This document shows, one piece after another, positions 40,128 through 48,980 of a DNA stretch of 64,000 nt; the stretch's first letter is position 1; every line of letters begins with the position of its first letter. The DNA is from Acutalibacteraceae bacterium (GTDB taxonomy: Bacteria > Bacillota > Clostridia > Oscillospirales > Acutalibacteraceae), in assembly GCA_045613385.1 (NCBI GenBank), contig JAZLAW010000002.1:8630-72629 (forward strand), written 5' to 3'. Under the pieces are notes generated by a model. The model did not search any database. It worked only from the letters and a program-made list of their open reading frames with translations, and had not been told where the DNA came from. The position numbers and the translations under genes are program-made.

Positions 40128-40157
40128 GAAGGATGTACTAAGTACATCCTTCTTATT
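40126..40157. terminator. Bidirectional terminator between uvrB and trmB
   Basis: AAGAAGGATGTAC-TAA-GTACATCCTTCTT perfect 13-bp hairpin. Confidence 0.85.
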
Positions 40158-40163
40158 TTAGAT

Positions 40164-40829
40164 TTAATATGCAGTTAACCTGTAAATCGGGCAACCAAAG
40201 TCTACAAACTTTTGCTCGTACTCGGTTACAATATTGTCTTCAATATCACTTTTATGTACATCTAAGCAAACATCCTTTAACTTAAAGCCGTTAGCGGTTA
40301 ACTGTTCAATTGAAAACTCAAACAACCCACGGTTGTCGGTTTTAAAATGTATTTCCGCATTGTCTTTTAAAAACCCTTTATAAATATTTAAAAATGGCTT
40401 TGCAGTTAAGCGGTGATTGGCATATTTTTTCTTAGGAAACGGGCAGGAAAAATTAAGATATAATCTATCAATCGAGTTTTTTGGCAAATAGCATCTTAAA
40501 TATTCCGCAGAACATTTTATAAAAATTAAATTTTTAATGTTTTGCTCTTTTGCTTTTTCACAGGCAGACACAATTACGTTTGCAGTTTTTTCAACTGCGA
40601 TGAAGTTGATATCGGGATTTCTTTTTGCAATCTCGCAGGAAAACTGACCTTTTCCGCAACCTATTTCTAAGTGAACAGGATTATTATTTCCAAAAATTTC
40701 CGAATAATCAAAAATCTCACTTTCCAAAATTTCCGCATTGAAATTACGGTCTTCACGGTCAATAACTATTAGATTTTGCTGACAGTTACCCAGTCTTTCT
40801 TCTAAATATTTTTTCTTTCGCATTCTCAT
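40164..40829 (-). CDS. trmB: tRNA (guanine46-N7)-methyltransferase
   Basis: LEIGCGKG SAM motif and the FPDPW-like block (NFSCPFPKKKY..HR). Confidence 0.85.
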   Translation of the reverse strand: MRMRKKKYLEERLGNCQQNLIVIDREDRNFNAEILESEIFDYSEIFGNNNPVHLEIGCGKGQFSCEIAKRNPDINFIAVEKTANVIVSACEKAKEQNIKNLIFIKCSAEYLRCYLPKNSIDRLYLNFSCPFPKKKYANHRLTAKPFLNIYKGFLKDNAEIHFKTDNRGLFEFSIEQLTANGFKLKDVCLDVHKSDIEDNIVTEYEQKFVDFGCPIYRLTAY

Positions 40830-40893
40830 TATAATCACCGAAAGAATTATAACATACTGTTTAAAATTATTCAACAATCTTGCCGTTAATTAC

Positions 40894-40922
40894 TTGACAA
40901 TAAAAGCTAATATATATATAAT
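40894..40922 (+). promoter_or_regulatory. Consensus sigma-A promoter driving the leader plus tRNA-Leu transcript
   Basis: TTGACA (40894-40899), exactly 17 nt, TATAAT (40917-40922). Confidence 0.75.
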
Positions 40923-40931
40923 ATAATTTGT

Positions 40932-40956
40932 TATGCGGGTATGGCGGAATCGGCAG
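40932..40956 (+). repeat. Direct repeat copy 1: decoy copy of the tRNA-Leu 5' end
   Basis: TATGCGGGTATGGCGGAATCGGCAG is identical 25/25 to 41101-41125. Confidence 0.95.
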
Positions 40957-41100
40957 TTTTAAACCAAACGCTCACTGTGTGAGATGCAGTGAAGGTTTAA
41001 AAGGCGCAGCGGTCGAAATTATTCGGCCCTCCAAGCCGAAAATAATTTCGGGTAACCGCAAGAGTCACGCGGAAGCGCGGCTGCAATTTTTACAACTAAA
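40957..41100 (+). ncRNA. Unclassified structured RNA segment (candidate sRNA or tRNA-precursor leader)
   Basis: Paper fold: a 9-bp stem TTTTAAACC/GGTTTAAAA, a 13-bp hairpin CGAAATTATTCGG/CCGAA(AA)TAATTTCG with a CCCTCCAAG loop, GCGGT/ACCGC, and CGCG-GAAG-CGCG followed by AATTTTT. There is no credible ORF. Confidence 0.45.
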
Positions 41101-41103
41101 TAT

Positions 41104-41190
41104 GCGGGTATGGCGGAATCGGCAGACGCGCTAGATTCAGGTTCTAGTCGGGGCAACTCGGTACAGGTTCAAGTCCTGCTACCCGCACCA
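41104..41190 (+). tRNA. tRNA-Leu (anticodon CAG), class II with long variable arm, CCA encoded
   Basis: Acceptor GCGGGTA/TACCCGC, anticodon stem CTAGA/TCTAG with loop TTCAGGT, variable arm TCGGG-GCAA-CTCGG, T-loop GGTTCAAGTCC, 3' ACCA. 87 nt. Confidence 0.9.
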
Positions 41191-41233
41191 ATTCCCAAGC
41201 CATACAAAATTGTATGGCTTGGGAATTTTTTTT
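41191..41233 (+). terminator. Strong intrinsic terminator after tRNA-Leu
   Basis: 16-bp perfect hairpin ATTCCCAAGCCATACA-AAAT-TGTATGGCTTGGGAAT followed by T8. Confidence 0.9.
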
Positions 41234-41266
41234 AATTGCTACAAAATATAATGTAAGGAGAGAAAT

Positions 41267-41833
41267 ATGAAAAAGAAAACTGATTTTAAAATGCTTCTTA
41301 CCCTATTTGCGATTTTCTTTAAAATCGGTGCTTTTACTTTTGGCGGCGGTTATGCTATGATACCTCTTATCCAAAAGGAAGTAAGCGAAAACAAAAAGTG
41401 GATAACTAATGAGGAAATATTAGATGTCTTTGCGATTTCCGAATCAACTCCTGGACCGATTGCAATTAATTCCGCAACTTTTATCGGTTATAAGGTTGCA
41501 GGCTTCTGGGGCTCATTTTTCGCTACATTAGGGGTTGTTTTACCATCTTTTCTTATAATTTCATTGATTTCTTTGATTCTTGATAAATTCCAAAATTTAA
41601 AAGCGGTGCAATATGCCTTCTTCGGCATTCGCGCAGGTGTTTTAGCGCTTATCGTTAAAGCTTTCTGGAGCATGGCAAAGGTTTGCCCTAAAAAAACAAT
41701 TTCTTATGTTTTGGCAGCTCTTTCTTTCATCTTTGCCGCAATTTTGAAGGTCGATGTACTAATAATTATCATTGCTTGTGCTATTATTGGTTTGGTTACA
41801 TCTCTGATAACTGAAAGGAGATTAAGTAAATGA
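41267..41833 (+). CDS. chrA: Chromate transporter (CHR family, short half-protein 1)
   Basis: FGGGYAMIPLIQ and ESTPGPIAIN motifs. 188 aa. Confidence 0.85.
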   Translation: MKKKTDFKMLLTLFAIFFKIGAFTFGGGYAMIPLIQKEVSENKKWITNEEILDVFAISESTPGPIAINSATFIGYKVAGFWGSFFATLGVVLPSFLIISLISLILDKFQNLKAVQYAFFGIRAGVLALIVKAFWSMAKVCPKKTISYVLAALSFIFAAILKVDVLIIIIACAIIGLVTSLITERRLSK

Positions 41834-42396
41834 TTTTCCTGCAGTTATTTCTAACATTCTTCAAAATCGGATTATTCACTATCGGCGGTGGGTATGCCAT
41901 GCTTCCGCTTATCCAAGCGGAAGTTCAAAGATTAGGTTGGATGAGCGGTACAGAACTCGTAAACTTTATTGCAGTTAGTGAAAGTACTCCCGGGCCTTTT
42001 GCAATAAACTGCGCCACCTATGTTGGAGCACAAATGGGCGGTGTATTTGGTAGCATTTGTGCAACACTCGGTGTGGTGTTACCATCATTCATAATTATTT
42101 TAATCATCGCCGCATTTTTCGAAAAATTCAAAGATAATAAAATTGTAGTTGGTTGTATGACCGGTCTTAAACCCGCAGTAATAGGTTTAATAGGTTCTGC
42201 ATTGGTTTCCATTGCGACTACCGTTTTCTTTCACAATGGTTTTTCTCTTAATATTTTCTCTACCCCGCAGTTTTATGTGTCACTAATATTATTTATAACA
42301 ATGACTGTATGCGCTTTAAAAAAAGTCCATCCAATAATAATTATCTGTATTTCAGCTGCAGTTGGTATAATAACGGGGTACGCATTTAATTTCTGA
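41830..42396 (+). CDS. chrA: Chromate transporter (CHR family, short half-protein 2)
   Basis: IGGGYAMLPLIQ and ESTPGPFAIN motifs. Overlaps the first half-gene by 4 nt. Confidence 0.85.
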   Translation: MIFLQLFLTFFKIGLFTIGGGYAMLPLIQAEVQRLGWMSGTELVNFIAVSESTPGPFAINCATYVGAQMGGVFGSICATLGVVLPSFIIILIIAAFFEKFKDNKIVVGCMTGLKPAVIGLIGSALVSIATTVFFHNGFSLNIFSTPQFYVSLILFITMTVCALKKVHPIIIICISAAVGIITGYAFNF

Positions 42397-42409
42397 TACT
42401 AAAACAAAA

Positions 42410-42446
42410 AACTCTGCTACGGAAATTCCGTAGCAGAGTTTTTTTA
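42410..42446. terminator. Bidirectional terminator between chrA and oadA
   Basis: CTCTGCTACGGAA/TTCCGTAGCAGAG palindrome flanked by an A-run and a T-run. Confidence 0.85.
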
Positions 42447-42447
42447 T

Positions 42448-43845
42448 TTAGATTGATAAATCTTCAACAATAAGTGTACGAACTGCATCTTCGCCTTTAG
42501 GAGCATTGCGTTCAGCTAAGAACTTAGAAGCAACCTGTGGGAAGAGTGCGTAGCTTAATACATCCTCTTCACTCTTGGCAAGCTCGCCAGCTTCTTGTTT
42601 ATATTTTTGAAGTTCGGGTTCGAGCAAATCTGCAGGACGGCAGGTAATTACCTTGTCATCTCCTATTGCTTTTTTGCGAACTTCTTCATTAACGATACCC
42701 GGAACCTGACCGTATTCTCCGCGAAGAACACCTTTAGATTCCTTAGTAACCATCTTGTATCTTTCACCTGCAAGAACATTAAATACCGCCTGAGTGCCTA
42801 CAATCTGGCTTGTAGGAGTTACAAGTGGCGGATAACCGAAATCTTTACGAACATTCGGGATTTCTGCCAAAACATCATAGTATTTATCTTCTGCATTAGC
42901 TTGTTTAAGTTGTGAAATAAGGTTTGAAAGCATACCGCCAGGTACTTGATATAAAAGTGTCTTAACATCAACATTGAGCACCTTCGGATCAAGTGTGCCG
43001 TCTGCCTTCATCTTATTTGCGACATCACGGAAATGCGCCGCAACATCACTTAACTTATTAAGGTCAAGTCCTGTATCACGCTCTGTACCTTGTAAAGTAG
43101 CAACAAGTGCTTCGGTAGAAGGTTGTGCAGTACCGTTAGCAAACGGAGATAACGCGGTATCAACAATATCAACCCCTGCCTGAACAGCCATAAGATACGT
43201 CATATCACCAGTACCTGTGGTGTTATGTGTATGAAGATGAATCGGAACCTTGACGTTCTCTTTCAATTTTTTAACCAGAGAATACGCATCATAAGGAAGC
43301 AAAAGGTTTGCCATATCCTTGATACAAATAACATCTGCGCCCATTTTTTCGAGTTTTACAGCAAGGTTTACAAAATACTCTTCATTGTGTACAGGGCTTA
43401 CTGTATAACTGATAGCAGCTTCACAAATACCGCCATATTTCTTACAGGATTTCATTGCCTGTTCCATATTTCTGGTATCGTTAAGAGCATCGAAAATACG
43501 AATAACATCAATACCGTTTTCAATAGATTTTTTAACAAATGCATCAACAACATCATCCGCATAATGCTTATAACCAAGAAGGTTTTGACCACGAAGAAGC
43601 ATTTGCAATTTTGTATTAGGCATATGCTTTTTAAGGGTACGAAGTCTCTCCCACGGGTCTTCGTTTAAGAAACGCATACAAGCATCAAATGTTGCGCCGC
43701 CCCAACACTCAAGCGACCAATAGCCCATTTTATCAAGCTTTTCAAGAGCAGGTATCATATCTTCAATACGCATACGAGTAGCAGCTTGAGACTGATGAGC
43801 ATCACGCAAAATAGTATCGGTTATATATAGTTTTTTGTTTTCCAT
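42448..43845 (-). CDS. oadA: Oxaloacetate decarboxylase alpha subunit (carboxyltransferase 5S, no biotinyl domain)
   Basis: ITDTILRDAHQS, HLHTHNT.G and the PYC_OADA C-terminal region. No AMKM motif, because the BCCP is encoded separately. Confidence 0.8.
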   Translation of the reverse strand: MENKKLYITDTILRDAHQSQAATRMRIEDMIPALEKLDKMGYWSLECWGGATFDACMRFLNEDPWERLRTLKKHMPNTKLQMLLRGQNLLGYKHYADDVVDAFVKKSIENGIDVIRIFDALNDTRNMEQAMKSCKKYGGICEAAISYTVSPVHNEEYFVNLAVKLEKMGADVICIKDMANLLLPYDAYSLVKKLKENVKVPIHLHTHNTTGTGDMTYLMAVQAGVDIVDTALSPFANGTAQPSTEALVATLQGTERDTGLDLNKLSDVAAHFRDVANKMKADGTLDPKVLNVDVKTLLYQVPGGMLSNLISQLKQANAEDKYYDVLAEIPNVRKDFGYPPLVTPTSQIVGTQAVFNVLAGERYKMVTKESKGVLRGEYGQVPGIVNEEVRKKAIGDDKVITCRPADLLEPELQKYKQEAGELAKSEEDVLSYALFPQVASKFLAERNAPKGEDAVRTLIVEDLSI

Positions 43846-43859
43846 ATTATATTCTCCTA

Positions 43860-45062
43860 TTAACTAAACAATGCTATGAGAACGCCTGCGGCAACCGCCG
43901 AACCAATAACACCCGCAACGTTCGGACCCATTGCGTGCATCAACAAGAAGTTTGAAGAATTGGCTTTCTGGCCTTCAGCTTGTGAAACACGAGCAGCCAT
44001 CGGTACAGCAGAAACACCAGCGGAACCGATAAGCGGGTTGATTTTGTTTTTAGAAAACAAGTTCATTACCTTTGCCAGTAATACACCACCTGCAGTACCA
44101 ATACCAAAAGCAACAACACCCATTGCAAGAATCTTAAGTGTCTGTAAATTAAGGAATGCCGAAGCGGTGGCTGTTGCACCAACTGATATACCTAAGAATA
44201 TCGTTACAATATTCATAAGTTCATTTTGAGCAGTCTTACAAAGGCGTTCAGCAACACCCGATTCTTTCCAAAGGTTACCGAGCATCAAACAACCAACAAG
44301 CGGAGTAGCCGACGGAACAAGAAGAGCCACGAAAATAGTAACTGCAATCGGGAAAATAATTTTCTCAGTGCGTGAAACCTTACGAAGCGGTTTCATAACA
44401 ATTTCGCGTTCTTTCTTGGTTGTAAGTAAGCGCATAATCGGCGGCTGGATAACGGGAACCAACGCCATATAAGAATATGCGGCAACAGCGATAGGACCAA
44501 GTAAATCAGGAAACAACTTAGATGTTGTATAAATGGCTGTAGGACCATCTGCACCGCCTATAATACCGATAGAAGCAGCCGCTTCTTGCGGAAATCCAAG
44601 GAAGAAGCAACCAATAAAAGTTATAAAAATACCCATCTGAGCGGCGGCTCCGAGTAACAAAGATTTCGGATTGGAAATAAGCGGACCAAAGTCAGTCATA
44701 GCACCGATACCTACAAATATAAGGCAGGGATACACGCAGGTCTTAACGCCAATATAAAGGATATCGAGCAATCCGCCTTCTGCTAAAATACGACCATAGT
44801 CATGATAAAATTCTGAGCTTTCATCCATAAAAGCAGTCCAGAATTCAGTATGATACATCTCTGCACCCGGAAGATTTGTCAAGAGCATACCAAAAGCAAT
44901 ACCGATGAGCAATAACGGTTCAAACTGCTTTTTGATTGCCAAATATAAAAGCAAAAGTGAAACGCCTATCATTACAAGGTTTTTCCACATTTCACCGGCC
45001 ATAAAACCATCAATAAGCATAAAAAATCCGGTCTGTTCAATAAAATTAACAATATATTCCAT
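43860..45062 (-). CDS. oadB: Na+-translocating decarboxylase beta subunit
   Basis: 400-aa polytopic protein with the GGADGPT and [15 protein letters not shown] motifs of the OadB/GcdB/MmdB family. Confidence 0.85.
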   Translation of the reverse strand: MEYIVNFIEQTGFFMLIDGFMAGEMWKNLVMIGVSLLLLYLAIKKQFEPLLLIGIAFGMLLTNLPGAEMYHTEFWTAFMDESSEFYHDYGRILAEGGLLDILYIGVKTCVYPCLIFVGIGAMTDFGPLISNPKSLLLGAAAQMGIFITFIGCFFLGFPQEAAASIGIIGGADGPTAIYTTSKLFPDLLGPIAVAAYSYMALVPVIQPPIMRLLTTKKEREIVMKPLRKVSRTEKIIFPIAVTIFVALLVPSATPLVGCLMLGNLWKESGVAERLCKTAQNELMNIVTIFLGISVGATATASAFLNLQTLKILAMGVVAFGIGTAGGVLLAKVMNLFSKNKINPLIGSAGVSAVPMAARVSQAEGQKANSSNFLLMHAMGPNVAGVIGSAVAAGVLIALFS

Positions 45063-45081
45063 AACTGATTACCTATTCCGA

Positions 45082-45444
45082 TTAAGCAATTACACAAAGT
45101 GTAGCACCGGTATCAACAGATGCTCCATTCTGTACATTTACAGATGCAACAGTGCCGTCTACAGGTGACAAAATTTCGTTTTCCATTTTCATAGCTTCAA
45201 GTATCATAAGAACATCGCCTTTTTTAACTGCAGCGCCATTCTGTACTTTAACAGAAAGAATAGTGCCGGGCATCGGAGCGTTTACAGTAGCGCCATTTGC
45301 TACCGGTGCGGCAGGAGCTGGTGCAGCAGCAGGTGCAGCCTCAGCTTTTGCAGGAGCCGGTGCAGCTTTAATCTCAGATGCATCAGCTACTTCGAGTACA
45401 ACTTCATAAGCAGTGCCATTAACAGTTACATTATATTTTTTCAT
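45082..45444 (-). CDS. Biotin carboxyl carrier protein of the decarboxylase
   Basis: Ala/Pro-rich linker and the EAMKMEN biotinylation motif. Confidence 0.85.
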   Translation of the reverse strand: MKKYNVTVNGTAYEVVLEVADASEIKAAPAPAKAEAAPAAAPAPAAPVANGATVNAPMPGTILSVKVQNGAAVKKGDVLMILEAMKMENEILSPVDGTVASVNVQNGASVDTGATLCVIA

Positions 45445-45462
45445 AATTAATTTCCCCTTTTA

Positions 45463-45771
45463 TTAGATTCTTCTAAATGATTTAATACGTATTGCCGAAA
45501 CATCGGCACCGAGTTCTTCTGCAATTACTGCAGAAACCGCCGCAATAATTTCCTGACGGTTTTCAATCGGTTGCTCAACCACCGGTGCGGCAACTACCTG
45601 TGGCTCAGTATTCTCGGTTTTATTAATGAAGAACAAACTTATTATTTTGCAAAGAACAATAATAGCTAAAAGTCCTACAAAAACCGTACCGAATCCTAAT
45701 AAAACCACATATCCGTTCGGCACTTTTTCAGGCGGAAGATTTGATAAAAAATTCTGAAATATTTCCTGCAT
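45463..45771 (-). CDS. oadG: Decarboxylase gamma subunit (OadG family)
   Basis: 102 aa with a single TM helix (GFGTVFVGLLAIIVL). First gene of the oad operon. Confidence 0.65.
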   Translation of the reverse strand: MQEIFQNFLSNLPPEKVPNGYVVLLGFGTVFVGLLAIIVLCKIISLFFINKTENTEPQVVAAPVVEQPIENRQEIIAAVSAVIAEELGADVSAIRIKSFRRI

Positions 45772-45810
45772 TATGGCACCTCCTTTATGTTACAAAAAAC
45801 TTCTTGGAAA

Positions 45811-45851
45811 ATTATCCGTAATCAAATTTATTGTAATACAAAATACGGATA
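45811..45851. promoter_or_regulatory. Candidate operator: 9-bp perfect inverted repeat spanning the oad promoter
   Basis: TTATCCGTA (45811-19) and TACGGATAA (45843-51) are separated by 23 nt. One arm lies in the -35/-10 spacer and the other just downstream of -10. Confidence 0.4.
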
Positions 45852-45857
45852 AAATCA
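45829..45857 (-). promoter_or_regulatory. oad operon promoter
   Basis: On the minus strand: TTGATT, 17 nt, TACAAT. Confidence 0.5.
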
Positions 45858-45905
45858 ACTGTTTTTTCTACTATTTGTGAAAATTCTGCTAAAATTCTTA
45901 TAAGA

Positions 45906-45934
45906 AAAAGCACCGCGCATTTCACGGTGCTTTT
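45906..45934 (-). terminator. arg operon terminator
   Basis: GCACCG-loop-CGGTGC hairpin followed by a T-run on the minus strand, 4 nt after the argF stop. Confidence 0.7.
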
Positions 45935-45937
45935 CTA

Positions 45938-46921
45938 TTATATAGTTTCATCTATAATTGCTTTAATGGTGTGCATTCTGTTTTCGGCCTCGTCAAAAAC
46001 TATTGAGTTTTTACTTTCGAAAACTTCGTCAGTTACTTCCATACAGTCGATTCCAAATTTTTCATAAATTTCTTTGCCTACGCCTGTTTTAAGGTCGTGG
46101 AAAGCGGGTAAACAATGCATAAACTTACAACCATCCCCCGCCGCCTTCATAAGTTCGCTATTTACCTGATAGGGCTTCAGGTCATTTATTCGCTCTTCCC
46201 ATACATTTGCGCTTTCACCCATCGAAACCCAAACATCAGTATAAATTACATCGGCGTTTCTAACTGCATCCTTGGGGTTCTCCGAAAAAGTAAGAGTAGC
46301 ACCTGAAAGTTTTGCAATTTTTTGGCACTCATTAATTAATTCTTGGTTCGGAAAATATTTTTTAGGACAACAGGCCGTAAAATTAAGTCCCATTTTAGCA
46401 CAACCAACCATAAGCGAGTTACCCATATTATATCGAGCATCACCAATATATACGAAATTAATTCCCTTCAGTTTTCCAAAATGTTCTTTAATTGTGAGAA
46501 AATCAGCTAATATTTGTGTGGGATGAAACTCATTTGTTAAACCATTCCATACAGGTACACCGGCGTACTTTGCAAGTTCTTCCACAATCTCTTGCCCGAA
46601 TCCACGGTACTCAATACCATCAAACATTCCGCCCAATACTCTTGCGGTATCGGCAATACTCTCTTTTTTACCGATTTGTGAGCCCGATGGGTCAAGATAT
46701 ACCGGATGAATGCCTAAATCGGCCGCGGCCACTTCAAAAGCGCAACGTGTACGTGTACTTGTTTTTTCAAAAATTAATGCAATATTTTTGCCACTGTACT
46801 TCTTTTGTGAAACACCGTTTTTCTTCTCTTTTTTTAATTCGGCCGCTTTATCAATTAAATATTCAATTTCTTGTGCTGAAAAATCAAGCAGTTTTAAAAA
46901 ATTTCTGCCTTTTAAATTCAT
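45938..46921 (-). CDS. argF: Ornithine carbamoyltransferase
   Basis: The ATG at 46921 has an AGGAGA RBS. STRTR, HPTQ and HCLP motifs. Confidence 0.95.
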   Translation of the reverse strand: MNLKGRNFLKLLDFSAQEIEYLIDKAAELKKEKKNGVSQKKYSGKNIALIFEKTSTRTRCAFEVAAADLGIHPVYLDPSGSQIGKKESIADTARVLGGMFDGIEYRGFGQEIVEELAKYAGVPVWNGLTNEFHPTQILADFLTIKEHFGKLKGINFVYIGDARYNMGNSLMVGCAKMGLNFTACCPKKYFPNQELINECQKIAKLSGATLTFSENPKDAVRNADVIYTDVWVSMGESANVWEERINDLKPYQVNSELMKAAGDGCKFMHCLPAFHDLKTGVGKEIYEKFGIDCMEVTDEVFESKNSIVFDEAENRMHTIKAIIDETI

Positions 46922-46932
46922 AAAAATTTCTC

Positions 46933-48096
46933 CTAAATACAAGCTTGTTTGATAATTTTTATTGCTTTTGATAATTCTTCAAACGAAATATTTAACGCAG
47001 GAAGAAGTCTTATTTTATCCTTAGCAGTTAAGCATAAAACTCCATTATCCATACACTGTTTTAATACTTGTGTCGCATCTTTTTTTGTTTTAATACCAAT
47101 CATTAGTCCCTTGCCGCAAACATATTCAATACCTTCTGCACCATTTAATTCCGTGAAAATATAGTCACTCTTTTTAGAAACTTCGTTCAGTAAATTGTCA
47201 TCAATGCGATTGATTATATTTAAAGCACCGGCGCAACAAACGGGATTACCACCGAATGTTGAACCGTGTTCACCGTATCCCAGAACATTTTGTGTTTTTT
47301 CTCCAAAAAGTACTGCACCTATCGGTAAACCACCGCCTAATCCTTTGGCAGTAGTGACAATATCCGGCTTGATTCCATAATGCATATAGCTGTATAGTTT
47401 TCCTGTTCTGCCGTTGCCTGTTTGAACCTCATCAACAATAAACAATATATCGTTTTCCCGGGCAAAATTGTATGCGCCTATAACGAAATCTTCATTTAAT
47501 ACATTAACTCCGCCTTCGCCCTGTATACACTCAATCATTATTGCTGCAGTTTTATTTGATTTAGCGGTATTAATAAGTGTTTCAAGGTCGTTTGCCGGAG
47601 TATGAACAAATCCATCCGTCAACGGATTAAAGAGTTCATGATAATGTTCCTGGCCGGTTGCAGCTAAAGTAGTGATAGTTCTGCCGTGAAAACTATTTTC
47701 AAGTGTAATGATTGTATAATAATCGTCACCCTTTTTCTCGGCCGCATATTTTCTTGCAGTTTTAATGGCACATTCATTCGCTTCTGCGCCAGAATTACCG
47801 AAAAACACCTTTTTCATTCCGGTTTTTTTGCAGAGAACTTTTGCGAGTTCCGCACAGGGTTTTGTATAAAACAGGTTCGATGTATGTTGGATTAACGATA
47901 ACTGTTTTACAACGGCATTAATCCACTCTTTATTTTCAAAACCAAATGAAGTAACTCCGATTCCCGAAGTTAAATCAACATACTCCTTGCCGTTTATGTC
48001 AGAAACTGTTGAGCCGCTACCGCTGACTATTTCAACAGGAAAACGATTATATGTATTTGCTACAAACTTTTTATCGACCGATAAAAAATCAGACAT
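46933..48096 (-). CDS. argD: Acetylornithine aminotransferase
   Basis: Class III aminotransferase motifs ([28 protein letters not shown]). Confidence 0.9.
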   Translation of the reverse strand: MSDFLSVDKKFVANTYNRFPVEIVSGSGSTVSDINGKEYVDLTSGIGVTSFGFENKEWINAVVKQLSLIQHTSNLFYTKPCAELAKVLCKKTGMKKVFFGNSGAEANECAIKTARKYAAEKKGDDYYTIITLENSFHGRTITTLAATGQEHYHELFNPLTDGFVHTPANDLETLINTAKSNKTAAIMIECIQGEGGVNVLNEDFVIGAYNFARENDILFIVDEVQTGNGRTGKLYSYMHYGIKPDIVTTAKGLGGGLPIGAVLFGEKTQNVLGYGEHGSTFGGNPVCCAGALNIINRIDDNLLNEVSKKSDYIFTELNGAEGIEYVCGKGLMIGIKTKKDATQVLKQCMDNGVLCLTAKDKIRLLPALNISFEELSKAIKIIKQACI

Positions 48097-48962
48097 TATC
48101 TATCCCCCATAACCATTGTACCGGCACCTTCGTCGGTAAGTATTTCCATAAGAATTGAATGTGGCACTCTGCCATCCATTATTACAACATTTTTAACGCC
48201 GTTATTTATAGCTTCGATACAGCAGTCAACCTTTGGAATCATACCACCTGAAACAATGCCTTCCTTTTTTAGTTGTTCTGCCTCACTGACGGTTACATCG
48301 GGTATAAGTGTTGTCGGGTCATCTTTATCACGCAAAATTCCCGCGATATCTGTCATCATAATAAGACGCTCTGCATTAATTGCCCCTGCAATGTAAGCCG
48401 CCGCGGTATCACCATTAATGTTATAAGCATTACCATCCCTGTCACAACCCAAGGTGGAAATTACGGGTATATACCCTTTTTCAAGCAAATCTTCTACGGG
48501 TTTTATATGAATTTTGGTTATATCTCCAACATAACCTAATTTTTCATCTTTGATTTTTGCTTCAATGAGCATACCGTCCATACCCGATATACCCATTGCT
48601 TTCCCGCCTTTTTTCTCAAGAAGATTTACAAGTGTCTTATTGACTTTACCGGCTAAAACCATCTGAACAATATCGACAGTTTCTTTATCTGTAACACGAA
48701 GTCCATCTACAAACTCGGCTTTTTTGCCTAATTTATTCATCATTTCACTGATTTCAGGGCCACCGCCGTGTACTAAAACAACCTTAACACCAATTAACCA
48801 AAGGAGAACTATATCTTCCATAACCTGAAGTTTGAGTTCTTCGTTAATCATAGCATTTCCGCCATATTTTATAACGACAACTTTTGAATTATACCTTTTG
48901 ATATAAGGCAAAGCCTGTGTAAGTACTTCTGCCCTTTCCGCGTTAGAAAAATTGTTATTCAT
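48096..48962 (-). CDS. argB: Acetylglutamate kinase
   Basis: VIKYGGNAM and LVHGGGP motifs. Confidence 0.95.
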   Translation of the reverse strand: MNNNFSNAERAEVLTQALPYIKRYNSKVVVIKYGGNAMINEELKLQVMEDIVLLWLIGVKVVLVHGGGPEISEMMNKLGKKAEFVDGLRVTDKETVDIVQMVLAGKVNKTLVNLLEKKGGKAMGISGMDGMLIEAKIKDEKLGYVGDITKIHIKPVEDLLEKGYIPVISTLGCDRDGNAYNINGDTAAAYIAGAINAERLIMMTDIAGILRDKDDPTTLIPDVTVSEAEQLKKEGIVSGGMIPKVDCCIEAINNGVKNVVIMDGRVPHSILMEILTDEGAGTMVMGDR

Positions 48963-48980
48963 AAATATAACCCCACAATA

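Noticed and set aside
39599-40147. 182-aa minus-strand ORF
   Set aside because: It is antisense to the 3' third of uvrB, is Ser/Ile/Arg-rich, and has no RBS.
40957-41100. Possible SRP (4.5S/scRNA) or 6S RNA, because of a GTCA...GGAA...GCTGCA stretch
   Set aside because: The helix-8 consensus (AGGUCC-GGAA-GGAAGCAGC with its symmetric and asymmetric loops) is not present. It is too short for the Bacillus-type SRP RNA expected in Clostridia, and there is no 6S-like closing duplex. It is left unclassified.
40928-41134. 68-aa plus-strand ORF spanning the tRNA leader
   Set aside because: It starts inside the promoter/decoy repeat with no RBS and runs into the tRNA gene itself. The region is better explained as structured RNA.
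40932-41190. Integrase att-site duplication of a tRNA gene (genomic-island scar)
   Set aside because: The duplicated part is the 5' end rather than the 3' end. The interval is only 144 nt with no integrase or cargo, and the consensus promoter sits before the partial copy. This is kept only as a minor alternative inside the finding.
46516-46952. Two plus-strand ORFs of 135 and 80 aa
   Set aside because: Antisense within argF and the argD 3' end.
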